17,512 bases of DNA. It comes from an uncultured Chloroflexia bacterium. Its GTDB lineage: Bacteria; Chloroflexota; Anaerolineae; CG2-30-64-16. The translations under genes were made by a program, and so were the position numbers. Below the pieces are notes generated by a model that saw nothing but the letters and a program-made list of their open reading frames with translations, was not told the DNA's origin and ran no database searches. Positions 15,835 through 17,512 of this stretch are shown piece by piece; position 1 is the first letter of the stretch; each line of letters opens with the position of its first letter. The DNA is taken from contig CAWEMM010000004.1 in NCBI GenBank assembly GCA_963810095.1, forward strand, positions 1 through 17,512. Direction: 5' to 3'.

Positions 15835-16691
15835 GGTAGTGTTTGAAAACTCGTGGCTGATCGATTAGACTGGTCAGCATGGCACAACGATTTGAACTAA
15901 CCGACGAACAGTGGGAGCGGCTGCAACCACTCTTGCCGCAGAAAGCTCGTACAGGCCGTCCGGCGACTGATCGTCGCCAGATCATCAACGGCATCCTATG
16001 GATTCTGCGCACGGGCGCACCCTGGCGGGACATGCCCGAGCGCTACGGTCCTTGGGCCACTGTGGCCAGCCGCTTCTACAGTTGGCGCAAGTCCGGCCTG
16101 TGGGACCGCATCTTTGCGCAAGTGCAGACGCAAGCGGATGCCGCAGGTCAGATAAACTGGCACATCCACTACGTGGACGGCACCATTGTACGAGCGCACC
16201 AGCATGCAGCTGGTGCAAAAGGGGGGACCCTGCGTCGGAAGCACTCGGCTACAGCCAGGGCGGCTTCTCAACCAAGGTCCACTTCCACGCCGAAGGCAAC
16301 GGCAAGTTGATGACGCTGGTGTTGACCCCGGGTCAGCGCCACGAATCGACCCAACTGCCCGCCCTCATGGAACAAGGAGCGGTCAAGCGACCCGGCCGAG
16401 GTCGGCCGCGGCTGCGACCGGAACGCATCGTGGGCGACAAGGGCTACAGCTAACGCAGGCGTTATCTGCGCCACGACGAGTCCATATCACCATCGCTCGC
16501 CGCTCGAACCAGCACGCGGCGGTCATTTTGAGAAAGCGGTCTACCGCCTGCGCAATCGCGTTCAACGGCTAATCAACCGGATGAAGCACTTCCGCCGGTT
16601 GGCAACGCGTACGAAAAGCAGGCCGAGAACTACCGAGCCATGTGGCTGTTCGCAGCCATTCTGCTCTGGCTATGAGTTTTCAAACACTACC
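15835..16691 (+). mobile_element. IS5-family (IS427 group) element, 857 bp, TA duplication
   Basis: Perfect 18-bp TIR GGTAGTGTTTGAAAACTC at 15835-15852 and 16674-16691; TA at 15833-15834 and 16692-16693. Confidence 0.93.
15879..16675 (+). CDS. IS5/IS427-group transposase, probable programmed -1 frameshift at AAAAGGGGGG (16217-16226), further indels after 16450
   Basis: LTDEQW, LRTGAPWRDMPERYGPW, VDGTIVRAHQHAAG, GYSQGGFSTKVH, GDKGYS, C-terminal ENYRAMWLFAAILLWL. Confidence 0.9.
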
Positions 16692-16694
16692 TAG

Positions 16695-17512
16695 ACGCTT
16701 GATGCATATGGCGGTCCTGCTGGCTCAGACGACCAGGGTCGCAAGGGCCAGATCGGGACGGTCGAAGCGCCGATTGACCAGGATGCCGACATTGTAGGCG
16801 GCGATCTTGGCTCCGATGCGGGTCAGCAGCCCCCAAGTGCAATGCGCTCGTGGGAAGTGCAGGCCGAAGCTGTCGACCAGTGCCGCGAAAGCCGTCTCAA
16901 TGGCCTGCGCACGCTTGAAAACCAAAACCGAGCGCTGTGCCGCTCCCAGATCGGGCGGCGTCAGGACGTCGGCGGCGTAATCGTGCCAGTGCTCATGCCA
17001 GTCGTCGCCGGCATAGCCCAGGTCAGCCAGCAGGGGGCAGTAACGCCGGCGGCCGCAGCTCTGCACCGGTCCGAGCCAGTCGGTCGGCGGCTTCAAGCCG
17101 TGGCGTCCGTCGGGGGTCTGCGGCCCCGTCAGTTGCGGCTGGCCGGCGCGGCTGCTCAGGAGCAACTCGGCCAACCAGCGGTCCTGGATGTTACCGGCGG
17201 CCAGGTCCAACCCGTCACCACGCCGCTAGCGCTGACGACCAGCAGCAGGTGCAGGCCATAGAAGTAGCGGTCGTTGCCGCCTTTGCCGATGCGAGCGATG
17301 TCGGCCAACCAGCCTGGATGGAACGAGCGGGCGCCACGGGCGACGGGAACCGGGACACAGTCCATGATTTCGCAATCCTGGGCGCACCACAACTGGTCGG
17401 CCACGGCTTGCTGAATCAGGATGAAAGCGCCCATAGACGGCGCAACCGACGGTTGAAGGCGCTTTGACTGGTCATCTCCGGGAAGAAGGGCCGTAAGTGC
17501 TTCAGCGCATAG
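16695..17512 (-). mobile_element. IS982-family-like element, 3' part (transposase frameshifted, stop at 16725, continues beyond window)
   Basis: MDCVPVPV, YFYGLHLLLVVSASGVVTGW, ADLGY, QAIETAF, R...GLLTRIGAKIAAYN; putative end ACGC... at 16695 (other end not visible). Confidence 0.75.

Overview
GC-rich bacterial window; integrase and IS types plus leaderless-type promoters are suggestive of Chloroflexota (inference only). Left 10 kb is a minus-strand cluster: two tandem MalT-like STAND-ATPase/LuxR activators, a multidomain pentameric ligand-gated ion channel (DeCLIC-like), an 84-aa orphan protein, a CoA-disulfide reductase-rhodanese fusion (one frameshift) and the start of a DszB/SsuA-like binding-fold protein. 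The channel and the 84-aa gene share a 33-bp upstream motif (25/33 identical), each exactly 17 bp from a TANNNT -10 box, suggesting an undescribed regulon linking a pLGIC to sulfur/redox genes. Next come decayed ThiF/E1 and JAB genes (Cap2/Cap3-like), a strong sigma70 promoter, the 3' half of tRNA-Val(CAC) (att site), a frameshifted tyrosine integrase, and a gene interrupted by four abutting IS elements (IS630, IS630, IS5/IS427 group, IS982). Many single-base indels in the right half may be long-read errors.
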